A DNA stretch of 64,000 bases from Squalus acanthias (Eukaryota). The DNA lies in the NCBI GenBank assembly GCA_030390025.1, contig CM059432.1:15316001-15380000 (forward strand), read 5' to 3'. This document shows positions 48,871 through 60,670 of this stretch, piece by piece; the first letter of the stretch is position 1; the number at the start of each line of letters is the position of its first letter. The notes below the pieces were generated by a model that saw only the letters and a list, made by a program, of their open reading frames with translations, did not search any database and had not been told where the DNA came from. The position numbers and the translations under genes are program-made.

Positions 48871-51495
48871 AGAGACAGCCAACAGTGACTACATTTCAAA
48901 ATTCATGAATTGTCTGCGAAACACTTTGGGACATCCTGAGGAAATGAAAGGCGCTCTATAAATGCAAGTTCTTTCTTTACTAACGGTAGCTGTTGGACTG
49001 AATTTGATGTCTAAAACCTGCGGCAGTGCTATTAGCACTTCTTGGCGCTTGAATGGAAAGTTACTTTCGATCGGGTGTTGAGTCCTGTCTTTGAACGTCA
49101 CCGTTTTAACCCGTTAATGAGGCTCTGTTGTGGGGTACAGTTCCACGGGCTCCAGCCGTTCTCCGGTACCTCGCCCAAGTGATCATTATTTCTCATGTCA
49201 GCCTTGTCAGTGAATGTCGACAGGCAGTTCGCCTGTACTGGGTGGGGTAAGAAGGAACTTCAGAGCTGATCCTGTTTACCCCCCCACCCCCCACCCCCCC
49301 CAAACATCTGCACACACGTGCTTCCAGCAGAGTTCCCTGGAGAGCAATCCGGAGCTGGAACCCTGGTTGAATTTCTCCATCCTCCACCTAAACCGACTAT
49401 AGCACCTCTGCCAATCCCCACCCCACCAGCCTCCCGTCCATTAAAATCAGCCTTACTCGAGGCCAGGGACTAAACCTGTGGCATTTGTGGTGTTTATGCC
49501 TCAGCTGCTCATGGACTAAAGCCATTGGCGGCGCATTTAAATGATAGATGCTTTGCGTGGCTTTCTTCGTATTTAGAGAACCAATTATAATTTTTATTGG
49601 CTGAGTAATGATCTTTACTGTGACTTGATCCCCCAACAGAATAATTATGCAGATAAATGTGTTGCATTTATAAATAATGATATGTATTTTAACTGTAATG
49701 AAGTTTATTCAACTGTGTTTACATTTTATTATCAATATCATTTAATTAACTGCTCCTTCATTTCGTTACAATACATTGACTGTGCCAAGGATTAGTTTAT
49801 CAAATTTAAGTTTTGCAGTTAGATTAATAAACCCCAAATAATGTACTCGATATTTAATGATTTTTTTTTCCAATTTGCACTAATTAGCTATTTAATTTAT
49901 GAACACAGATTTTAAAATCTGTTTCACGGCAGCACTTTCCAAAAGGTCTTTATCCTGGACATATCCACAGAGACACAGGTATTGCGATTGGAGATCACCA
50001 TTTGCTTATGGAAACCGGCAGACCCAAGCTATACTGCCAGCTCTGCGTTGCTCTGCAGTGAGGGAAAACAGAGGGCTGCACATGTGTGCGAGTACACATG
50101 GGCAGAACTCCAATCGTTGGCATCTGAATGCTTCCTTAATGTTAACGACTATCTCTTTGCTAACATTCAAAGGGTTAAAACGAAACTTAAAAAGCTCCCA
50201 GGTGGTCCAAAAGGTTGTCTAGGACCTTTTCAAACTTAGCTTCACACCATTTGCCTAAATTCAATTCAGATGGCTTCACACCAGAGTTACGTTGTTGTTT
50301 GTGGGAGCTTGCTGTGCGCAAATTGGCTGCCGCATTTCCTACATTACAACAGTGACTGCACTTCAAAGCTACTTCATTGACTGTAAAGTGCTTTGGGACA
50401 TCCTGGGGTCATGAAAGATGCTGCATAAATGTGAGTTATATCTATCTATCCATCCATCTCAACCAATTCAGCATCAAAGTGAAGCTGAAACTATTTCACA
50501 TTGGCAGATGTGTAGTATAACTGGTTTGTAAATATTCAAAATATAAGTAGGAATCTGTAACAGTAATTCACACACTGCACTTAGAATTTCCCAGTGATCA
50601 TTGCACATTTGGGTAAAAGTCATTGACCCCCCCACCCCCCACCCCCGCTCTTAGTGGGGAATCATGCTCAAACAAGGTGCAGATCGGAGAATCAGTCACC
50701 TGGAAATTGGATCAATCGGTTTACACTGAATGCAGCAGGCAACGGGTCTTACCTGAATGTGGAGCCGGCAGGAGCAGGAACTCGCAACCCCAAGGAGTGG
50801 CTGAGTCGAAAAGCATAGATTCATTGAAGGGGAAGCTTGATAAACACATGAGGGAGAAAGGAATAGAAGGATATGATGATAGGAGGCTCGTGTGGAGCAT
50901 AAACATTGAATCGGGGTGCGATCCGTGTGCAGCGCACACTGCGTGCACCTAAAGAGGCCAGTGGAAGGACCACAGCAAATTACCCACTGGCCTCACTTCA
51001 TAGAATCAGAGAATGATACAGCCCAGAAGGATGCCATTCGGCCCATCGTGCTCTTTGGTAGAGCTATTCAATTAGTCCCATTCCCCTGCTCTGTCCCCCT
51101 AGCCCTGTAAAAAAATTTCCCTTCAAGTATTTATCCAATTCTATTTTGAATGTTGCGATTGAATCGCAGAATCAAAGAATGAAGCTTTTCGGCCCATCGT
51201 GTCTGTGCTGGCTCTTTGGTAGCTACAGGCGCTAGTCATCTCTCCAGAGGCAGCTCATCAGTTGTGGCAGGCAGCAAGATTGGCCAGCTGGGATGCCGGC
51301 AGAGGACCCAAGGTGAGCCGGGAGAGGGGGGACAATCGGGCGGAGGCCGAGCAGTGGCCCGCAGTTGTATATAGAATTTTACAGTGCAGCAACAGGCCAT
51401 TCGGCCCAACAGGTCTATACCGGTGTTTATGCTCCACACGAGCCTCCTCCCACATTACTTCATCTCACCCTATCAGCATATCCTTCTATTCCTTT

Positions 51496-52192
51496 AACAT
51501 AGAAACATAGAAGATAGGAGCAGGAGTAGGCCATTCGGCCCCTTGAGCCTGCTCCGCCATTTAATGAGATCATGGTTGATCATCCAAATTCAGTACCCTA
51601 TCCCTGCTTTCTCCCCATATCCCTTGATCCCTTTAGCCTTAAGAAATATATCTAACTCCTTCTTGAATATATTTAATGAATTGGCCTCAACTGCCTTCTG
51701 TGGTAGAGAATTCCACAGGTTCACCACTCTCTGGGTGAAGAAATTCCTTCTCATCTCAGTCCTAAATGGCTTACCCCTTATCCTCAGACTGTGACCCCTG
51801 GTTCTGAACTCCCCGACCATCGGGAACATCCTTCCTGCATCTAGTCTGTCTAGTCCTGTTAGAATTTTATAAGTTTCAATGAGATCCCCTCTCATTCTTC
51901 TAAACTCTAGCGAATACAAGCCCAATCGTCCCAATCTCTCTTCATACGTCATTCCTGCCATCCCAGGTATCAGTCTGGTGAATCTTCACTGCACTCCCTC
52001 CATGGCAAGAACATCCTTCCTCAGATAAGGCGACCAAAACTGCACACAATACTCAAGGTGTGGTCTCACCAAGGCCCTGTACAACTGCAGCAAGACATCC
52101 TTGCTCCTGTACTCGAATCCTCTCACTATGAAGGCCAACATACCATTTGCCTTCTTAACCGCCTGCTGCACCTGCATGCTTACCTTCAACGA
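51496..52192 (-). mobile_element. Young CR1 (HER1-like) nested in an older CR1 3' end
   Basis: KVSMQVQQAVKKANGMLAFI...WNSLP; the host CR1 resumes at ~52196 with CCTTT on both sides. Confidence 0.85.
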
Positions 52193-52818
52193 CAACCTTT
52201 CTCCCTCATGTGTTTATCAAGCTTCCCCTTAAATGCATCTATGCTTTTCGTCTCAGCCACTTCGTGGAGTAGCGAGTTCCTGCTCCTGCCGGCTCCACAC
52301 CCGTTGCCTGCTGCGTTCAGTGTAAATCGATTTCCGGTTTGGGTTTTGGTCCTAAAACAGGCAATAGGCCGCTTCTTAGCATACTTAAGGGGTACAACGC
52401 CTGTTTTAGGAAGCCGCCAGGGACACCTCTACAGCGCCTGATCCAATATGGCGTTTAGATGTGTTTCCAACACTATTCGGGCGCGTGAGGTTGGCCACCT
52501 AAATTGGACCTCTTTGAAAACAGGGGCAGCGCAATCCAGTTTCAAGCCAGTGAGTGCAGTGATGTACCTCCCACTCACTGCTGAGATTGTGGGATCAGTT
52601 CATTTCTCCATCTACCCTATCAGCTTGCAATTATATCACGATCGTTGATCCTTCTGTATGAACACTGGTGTGTATCAAGGAAGTGAAGAGCACGAACAAA
52701 TGGTGCAGTTGCAGACACTGACCAAAACAGAACAATAACGCTGGATAAAATTGAAACCATATATATTGTACGCAGCATATTCCAGGGAGTGATTCCAAGC
52801 TACTAATCTAATCTCTGG

Positions 52819-53029
52819 AATAACAACAGAAAACGCTGGAACAACTCAGCAGGTCAGGCAACATCCGTGGAGAGAGAAACAGAGTTAACGTTTCAGGTCG
52901 AAGACCCTTCGTCAGAACTGAAACGTTAACTCTGTTTCTCTCTCCACGGATGTTGCCTGGCCTGCTGAGTTTTTCCAGCGTTTTCTGTTGTTATTTCAGT
53001 CTTCCAGCATCCGCAGTATTTTGCTATTG
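52819..53029. mobile_element. Miniature fold-back Penelope pLTR insertion with hammerhead
   Basis: 15-bp TSD TAATCTAATCTCTGG (52804-52818, 53030-53044); inverted arms ~52819-52896 and ~52918-52995; 34-nt tail. Confidence 0.85.
52883..52919 (-). ncRNA. Minimal type I hammerhead ribozyme motif
   Basis: aguu-CUGACGA-A-GGGUC-uuc-GACCU-GAAA-CG-UU-aacu. Confidence 0.75.
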
Positions 53030-53149
53030 TAATCTAATCTCTGGGTTCATCTGGTGATTGTAAACCTCTCCAACTTTGCTCTCATGATTTGTGATATATC
53101 CGGAAAACACCTCAATTAGATTACCACTTTGTAATGACTCCCAGGTTTT

Positions 53150-53910
53150 ATCCCTTCGGCTGCTTTGCGCCTGCCATTAGCACCTCCATAGGGCGCTAAC
53201 GGGGCGCAAATTAGTTTTCGCCTGGGCGCAGCGATATTAGCGCCCCCACACTAAATTGGGCCGGGTTTTTGCGAAGGCGCTAAGAGTTAGCGCCCCGCTC
53301 CTGTAGGGACTGCCCCGCTCAGCCGCGCCCGGCAATGATGATGTCATTGCCGTGCACAGCACCTCGTTAGCGCCCCCTCACTCAGGGCGCTAACAACGAC
53401 AGCATCAGCTGTCGAGTTGCAGTTGGGAGTCGGCTCCACGCGTACTATTTAAAGGCACCATCTTGGGGAAACTTTTTTGTCGGCCGTAACTCTGCTGAGA
53501 CATTGTCAGACAAGCTGCTGAACGTATCCAATTCCACATGGCTGAATCGAGTAGCCCTCTCCCTCTCTCTGGCAGCAGCCATGGCACAAAGCTGCCTCAG
53601 TCGCTGAGAGGTCGCACTCAAGTGCAGCAATGCTGAGAATGAGCTCCCCTTTGAGAAATGACCTCCCCTTTAAGAGCTGGAATAAGCTGGAGTCAAGGCT
53701 TGAAGGCTGATTGCTGGACGCAAGTGAGCTGAAATTGGGTAGCGCTCTGGCCATAGCGCCCCTGCAGTGCTCCACTCAGACCATTAGCACCTCATTTACC
53801 GCCCCGCTTCACTCCTGGGGCAAAAACGCCCAATTTTGCAACATTTTTCAATGGATTTCGCCGGTTTCAAAAAGTTAAAAGGTAGCGCCCCAAACTGAAT
53901 TTCACGCCGC
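53150..53910. mobile_element. Degenerate Harbinger-derived element with repeated TTAGCGCCCC subterminal motifs
   Basis: Multiple (tt)agcgcccc motifs; Myb-like N-terminal remnant MAAARERERATRFSHVELD on the minus strand; TIR-like gaatttcacgcc at the right end. Confidence 0.45.
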
Positions 53911-54063
53911 TAATTTTTTATAAGTCAATATTTCCTGCTCAATGTATCATACTGACGTGTTTGTGTCCATATGACATAGTTTTCACCTCGCACTGATCTA
54001 CAACGCAAGGTAAAACTCGTTCAAAGTCATTAATTTGAGGGCAATTTCAAATTTTGGCTTGCG

Positions 54064-54234
54064 GGGGTTGAAATTGGCCTTTGGCTGCATCGCAAAACTA
54101 GCGATAGCGAATCGGCAGCCCGCTTTACACCCCGGCAGATTTTCTTTTCCATTGAAGGCAGTCGGACGGGATGTAAAGCAGACTGTTACGTTATCGCCAG
54201 TACTGCACTCCAACCGAGGACTAATTTCACCCCC
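54064..54234. mobile_element. Short Harbinger-type MITE (family C)
   Basis: GGGGTTGAAATTGG...CTAATTTCACCCCC; internal similarity to 46302-46459. Confidence 0.6.
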
Positions 54235-54752
54235 CCCCCCGCAGTGTGAGGCTGCCTCTAGGTAGCCAATTCTCACCATTTGAGACTGCCCCAGGCTGCA
54301 GCACAACAACGTCCCGAGTTACGGCATGCTTTTAAACTTTATTTGTGTAAAGTTTCCAAGAGATCCACTGGATCAGCCATTGAATTCTTAAAAGCTTACC
54401 GAAGGGTCAATAGGGCAATGAATTCTTTGCTAATGTGAAAAAGGTCAGTGGCAAGTCAGACACTGCTGAGCAGAGCTTGCAGAGTTCCACTTTGCTCAAG
54501 TACAGGGAGTGCCGAGCAAGCCGTATACCTCAATACGTTGATTGTACGATTGAAGTTTCAGTGAGGGCACTCACTGTCACGCAGGCAGGGTGATACCCAA
54601 CACAATCCAGCGACTTAGCACACCACCAAGAATCTTTGTGCCCTGGCATCACACAAGGGGCATCACGCTAGACGCAGGGCCCACTTTCACTGCATAAAAA
54701 GGAGTAAACCGCCTTATACAAAGCGCTCTCACACAGACAACCGTATCATTTT

Positions 54753-55145
54753 ACTGAAGCAAAATACTGCGGATGCTGGAAATCTGAAATAAAAACAGAA
54801 AATGCTGGAAATACTCAGCAGGTCAGGCAGCATCTGTGGAGAGAGAAACAAAGTTAACGTTTCAGGTCGATGACTCTTCATCAGAGCTGGAAAAAGTTAG
54901 AGATGGAACAGGTTTTTAAGCAAGTACAGAGGCAGGGAAAGGGAGGAGGGGAGGAAAGAACAAAAGGGAAGGTCTGTGATAGGATGGAAGGCAGGAGAGA
55001 TTAAAAGACAAAAGGGATGATGGTGCAAGGCAAAAGGAGATAGTAATGGGACAAGTTAAGAAACAAAAGTTGACTCTAGATGAGGTGTAAATGGCAATGG
55101 CAGAATCATCAACAGCTGCCATGTGAGAGAGAAAAAAAGAAAACT
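54753..55145 (-). mobile_element. Penelope pLTR/3' UTR fragment with hammerhead motif (54852-54888)
   Basis: 10-bp TSD GTATCATTTT (54743-54752, 55146-55155); minus strand CUGAUGA-A-GAGUC-auc-GACCU-GAAA-CG-UU with a weakened stem II. Confidence 0.75.
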
Positions 55146-56436
55146 GTATCATTTTCTTTTATAATCTGAGGAAGGTGATTTGACACCGCAATTCACAGCT
55201 GGTTTCTTATTCTTATTATTTCTACCACTTTACAGCCATCCAGCTCTTGGGTAAAGCGATGTTTAATGTGATGGTAAGGGACAATGACAGAGCATTACTT
55301 TGGGTCACGCACATCTGCAATGTCTCATCTCTTTGCTGACAACGGTGACCTTCCTTATGGTTCCCGCTGTGTCGAATAGTTTTCTCCACGACTACGATGT
55401 ATCGACTGGTAAAGTAAGCAACATTCACATAGACATTATCCTCCCTCCTCATTCTCGTGCATGGAACTCGTTGAGATTGTGAAAATCATTCGGAAAGCAG
55501 TTAAATATGATAAGATGAAGAGTCCACAGATATGAGTTGTCATTGCAAGCTGAAATTCTTTCGATGCAAAATTAGGTGAAAGCTTTTTTTACTTTGAACA
55601 TGCTCCCCTTCTTTCCTAAAACCATTGATTCGATAAGAACAGGAGCAGGCCATTCAGCCCCTGGAGCCTGTTCCGCTATTCAGTTTGATCTGTATCTTAA
55701 CACCATCTGCCCGCCATGCTTCCATATCCCTTACTACCCTTGCCTAACAGAAATTTATCAACCTCAGTTTAGAAATTAAAATAGGCAACAGCAACTCTTC
55801 GACGCCTCAGTCCAAGTGACCGTTCTCCATCTGTGAGTCCAGACATTGAGGCCCCGATTTTGATTGAGGGGACTGGAACAGATGACGAAAGCGGGCGGCA
55901 AATCCTCAACTTCACGAGACACGGAGGCCTGGCCAATTTTAACGGTAGGGCCTCATATCCATAATGACTCTGGGTTTCTGAGCTATCAGAACATGGAGGG
56001 GCAGAAGTTCGTCAAATCGGCCACCCGTTATACTCCCGGCCCGATATTCCTTCCAATGACTTCAATAGACCTGAATGTCAAGTGGGGCGTAGAACAGGCG
56101 GGTGAGGCGCTGCCACCTGTTTAGTGCTACTGCTCAAGGCGGGTTTCTACCCCGGAGTGTTTGAGGAAGGTTCTCACTGGTGCTTCACTGAATGTAAACA
56201 CGCAGCTAAAGAGAAGACATTTCCGTCGGTGCCATTTCCCCCCCCAGCTGGTGTTTGCTTGGCACAATCTATTATACCAGTGCTTTGGCACATGAAAAGA
56301 AAATGTTTTACTTTCCTGAGCCTCACACTGAAACGCCATTAAGCAGTGAGGTTTAGAACACTGCTACGAGGCCTTTAGTGGGTTTGATGGGCATTTTTGC
56401 CTCTGTGCTGGTTGTGGGATTTAGCGGAAACATTAT

Positions 56437-57280
56437 GGGCTGGATTTTCTCAGCTCCGAGGAGGCGGGCATGGAGGCGGGACTGCTGGTAAAGTAGCAGA
56501 AGGTGGGAGCGGATGGCAAACCCGGCCCCATCCCGCCTCCGTGCCCTTTTGCCAGGAGGCGGGAAGCTGTGCTGCTTCGGGTCCCATCTCCTCGAGGCGG
56601 GAAAGGGATTAAATCCTTTTAACTGCCTGTAAACAGGTAGTTAACAGGCAGAAAAAGGATTAGTCCCATGTTGCCTTTTTAGGTGAAGGCTTCCCGACCT
56701 CGGAGAACCCCGTCGGGGTGGAGGAGCCGTGGAGGAGGTCTGTGGGGGTCAGAGGGACCTGAAAGTGTGATGTAGAGGTGAGTGATGGGTGCAAGTGTGG
56801 AGTGGTAAGTATGTGAGGTGAGTGTTAAGTGTTAAAAAATGTTCACTTACCTTGGTTTCTGCCTACAGCCTTCATCCGCTCTGGATCGTGAGTCCCGACA
56901 TCTTCCTTGTCGATTTCACAGACTGGCTGTTGGATCCTCCGAACCAACAGTCATCTGCTTTCTACAAAGTTGAAAGGTTTGATGAGTCCTGAACACAAGG
57001 ACTCATCAAACTACAGAGAATGTCAGTGTTTGACAGCTTCACAGAGCTGTCAAATGCTGACATTTCTTCTTTCAAGAAGTCTTGACAGGTAGCACGTCAG
57101 ACGTTGACGTGCTCTGTCAGTGACTTCCCCCTAATTGGCCTGCTGAGCCCGCAGGGCGGGCTTAACAAGGTCAATCAGGGGAAAATCCCGCTGGTTGGCC
57201 AGAAGATGATCGAGGCGGGACATAGACCCGACAAGCTGCAGTCCCGCCTCCAACTCGTCTCCATTGAGAAAATCCAGCCC
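56437..57280. mobile_element. Harbinger-type MITE (family B)
   Basis: TIRs GGGCTGGATTTTCTCA / TGAGAAAATCCAGCCC; TSD TAT. Confidence 0.85.
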
Positions 57281-57489
57281 TATGAGTACTGATTTTAGGC
57301 TGGCACATCCTCCCTACCCCCCACCAAGTTAAAACAAAGTCAGCCATGGTTCCCAGCAGTCTCATGTACAGCAGGGAGCTGAGAGAGATGTCAAAATAGG
57401 TTCTATCTTTAAACCAAAATTAATGAGCTTCATCATTTGACAGATCTGATTGCCACTTCTGATGGTTACCCAGCGCCCCTTCTACAAAG

Positions 57490-57958
57490 TCAGCTGTGGC
57501 TCAGTGTGTAGCACACTTGCCTCTGAGTCAGAAGGTTGTGGGTTCAAGTCCCACTCCAGGGACTTGAGCACATAGAGCTAGGCTGACACTCCAGTGCAGT
57601 GCTGAGGGAGTGCTGCACTGTCGGAGGTGCCGTCTTTCGTATGAGACGTTAAACCGAGGCCCCGTCTGCTCTCTCAGGTGGACGTAAAAGATCCCATGGC
57701 ACTATTTCAAAGAAGAGCAGGGGAGTTATCCCTGGTGTCCTGACCAATATTTATCACTCAATCAACATAACAAAAACAGTTTATCTGGTCATTATCACAT
57801 TGCTGTTTGTGGGAGCTTGCTGTGTGCAAATTGGCTGCCGCGGTTCCCACATTACAACAGTAACTCCACTTCAAAAAGTACTTAATTGGCTGTAAAGAGC
57901 TTTGAGACGTCCGGTGGTCGTGAAAGGCGCTATATAAATGCAAGTCTTTCTTTCTTTA
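57490..57958 (+). mobile_element. Full-length Deu-domain SINE (SacSINE1-like)
   Basis: A box TGGCTCAGTG, B box GGTTCAAGTCC, Deu core, tail ending AAGGCGCTATATAAATGCAAGT(CTTT)n. Confidence 0.8.
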
Positions 57959-59424
57959 CTAGTGTGTGGATGTCATGTGAAGACAGGATCAGGCTCAGTT
58001 ATAATGCCCTATTTAGTTAAATAGTGTAATAACCCTCACTGTTAAGCCTGGCCACTTAGGCGCGACAATATCCCAACATGAATCTGTGCCTCCAGGAACA
58101 AAAGGGAAAAATTAGGAATAAATGGGAGTTGCGAGGGGTCTTAATTGTAGCCCTCACCTCTCACACATCATTGTGTTCTTAAATTAGTTCTGACATGCAT
58201 GTAAATTGCTGCTTATATTAAAGAGCAGATCAAGAATCATTACCAAACATCTTAAGGGTTTTAAATCTGTTAGAACCAATAGATTTAAAACCAATAATTT
58301 TTAATGAAAGCCATCTAGAATTCTTAATGTATCCTTTAAAATCCTGCAGGATTTCTTTGAAACATGATTGAGAAACTTGTGAGATACAACAAGATCTCCC
58401 CATGGATATTTTGTTTTACAGAGAGCTATTCGAGTAGAATTATTACTGCTTTAGTCGGGCTCGTAAGAAATCATATTGCAAAATCCAATTTTATTGCCAG
58501 ATTCTCAGTCACATTATTACACAAAAATAATTTAATATTGATTAGTTGTAGGCTGCTGCAGTCACTGAAGCTGTTGTCTACCTCATTAGTCATGCAAAAA
58601 GCCCTTGCTTACAAATTGTCACATTCCTGAGGCTCCCTGGACCGGTCTCCGTACCCCTGCAAAATATCAGGTTTTCAACTCTGATACTTAATGGCCAGGG
58701 TTTAACCCGGAGCATCTTTGCACAACAATTACTATTTTTATTGCTGGGTCACTGAGATAAGAAGATTCCGTCAATAAATTGCTCCCCCGAGAGCTGCACT
58801 CATTTTACCAACTCCAATTGAAAAAGCCCGTGACAAATCAATCGTTCCCCATTTAATGAACTGCTGTATTTAACCTGAATATATTACCTGTGATAAAGCC
58901 AGACAACCATGTAGTAATAAAATCTACAGTGCCAGACTCCGACAGCACTGAACCACATCCCCCGCGCTTCGGATTCAGACTCATTTGACTCAAACTCTCT
59001 TTACGCTTTTCATCCGCCCGCCTGTTTTAGAGGAAAACTCTCTCTCAAATATCACAGCTACAGGATATGTAGAATTACTTTTCCTTCATTCCCGCTCTCA
59101 AATTCTCTCCCCAACCTGTAAAACGCACGACGCCGCAATAACCTGCGTGATTCTCAGCAGATCCTGGGGCAGAATTGGGGCAGGCAGGGGTGGGGTCTCG
59201 GGGTGGGACCCAGTTACTGCCTGGCCTCCGCTCGCTTTCCTGTGGTGGGGGGGGGGGCAGGCAGGGATCGCGCCCGCCTACTTGGGGTCAGACTTCAGGA
59301 ACGGAGATGGGCTTGGCAGCAATACGTCACCTGCTACTCCCACCTTTCGGTGCCCACAACGTACCTTGCGTAGGTTAGCCAACCATTCCTGGACTTATTC
59401 CTGGAGGTTTCATTGCATGACTGT

Positions 59425-59705
59425 AACAAACAACTTATTTATATAGCGCCTTTAACGTAGTAAAACGTCCCAAGGCTGCTTCACAGGAGGGTGTATCAAA
59501 CAAAATTTGACAGCCAGTCACATAAGGAGATCGTAGGACAGGTGACCAGAAGCTTGGTCCATGAGGTAGAGAGACAGAGAGGTATAGGGAGGGAATTCCA
59601 GTGTTTAGGGCCTCGGCAGTTGAAGCCACAGCCGCCAATGGTAGACCGAAGAAAATCGGGGATGCGCAAGAGGCCAGAATTGGAGGCGCACAGAGATCTC
59701 AGAAG
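59425..59705 (-). mobile_element. L2 3' remnant
   Basis: SNSGLLRIPDFLRSTIGGCGF..GPKHWNSLP. Confidence 0.65.
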
Positions 59706-60670
59706 GTAGACCGACCGCCTCCAACCGCCCCGCTCCCGCCATTGGTCACCTGACAGGCCCATCCTCGCAGTGTATCGCCTTCCCACGCCAATTGGAAAGT
59801 AAACAGACTCTTCACTAACCGATTGAACGATTCTTTGCCATCACTCAGCCTTTTTTCCCCCATCTGCAATATTTATATAACTAATAAATGAATGTTTCAC
59901 AGAGAATGCAAAAAACCCACACAATTTGTATTAATGCCGCTATGGTTTTTCTCAGGTTGCCCACAGCAGTGTCTAGGAGATTAATCTTTCATTCCTGGAG
60001 ACTCCAAAGACAATCTGAATGCCATTATACGAATTCCTCTGCGGCCACCGAGATCAATCGACTCAGCACACAATGGGAATCAAACCTGCATCTCTCTGGT
60101 CCAGGAGGTTCAGTACCACACTGGGCAATGAACTAAATAACTGAGCCATGGGGCACTCTTGCCAATAAAACTAATAGGGGGGGAAGATTTCCCCTGTGTG
60201 CTGTGTATAACATAATCATAAACCTGTTCTTTATCGTGGAAATCTTCCTCCCACATCTTTATGGAATCAAAAAAATACAACGGTATCAGTTTTCTAGCAT
60301 CAGTGGTATCTTAAAAACAACTACAAAGCTAATGTGCATATATACTGTAAGACTTGAGCAAACAATCTAGGCTGACACTCCAGTGCAGTGCTGAGGGAGT
60401 GCTGCAGTGTCAGAGGTGCCGTCTTTCAGATGAGATGTTAAACCGAGGCCCCGTCTGCTCTCTCAGGTGAACGTAAAAAAATCCCATGGCACTATTCAAA
60501 GCAGAGCTGGGGAGTTCTCGCCGGTGTCCTGGCCAATATTAATCGCTCAACCAACATCACTAAAACAGTTTAATTAATCACTTATCGCATTGCTGTTTGT
60601 GGGAGCTTGCTGTGCGCAAATTGGATGCCGTGTTTCCCTACACTACAACAGTGACTACACTTCAGTAGTA

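Noticed and set aside
57490..57560. tRNA genes at SINE heads (also ~4400, 31440-31520, 40490-40560, 63887)
   Set aside because: The A/B boxes run straight into SINE bodies, with no complete cloverleaf or terminator.
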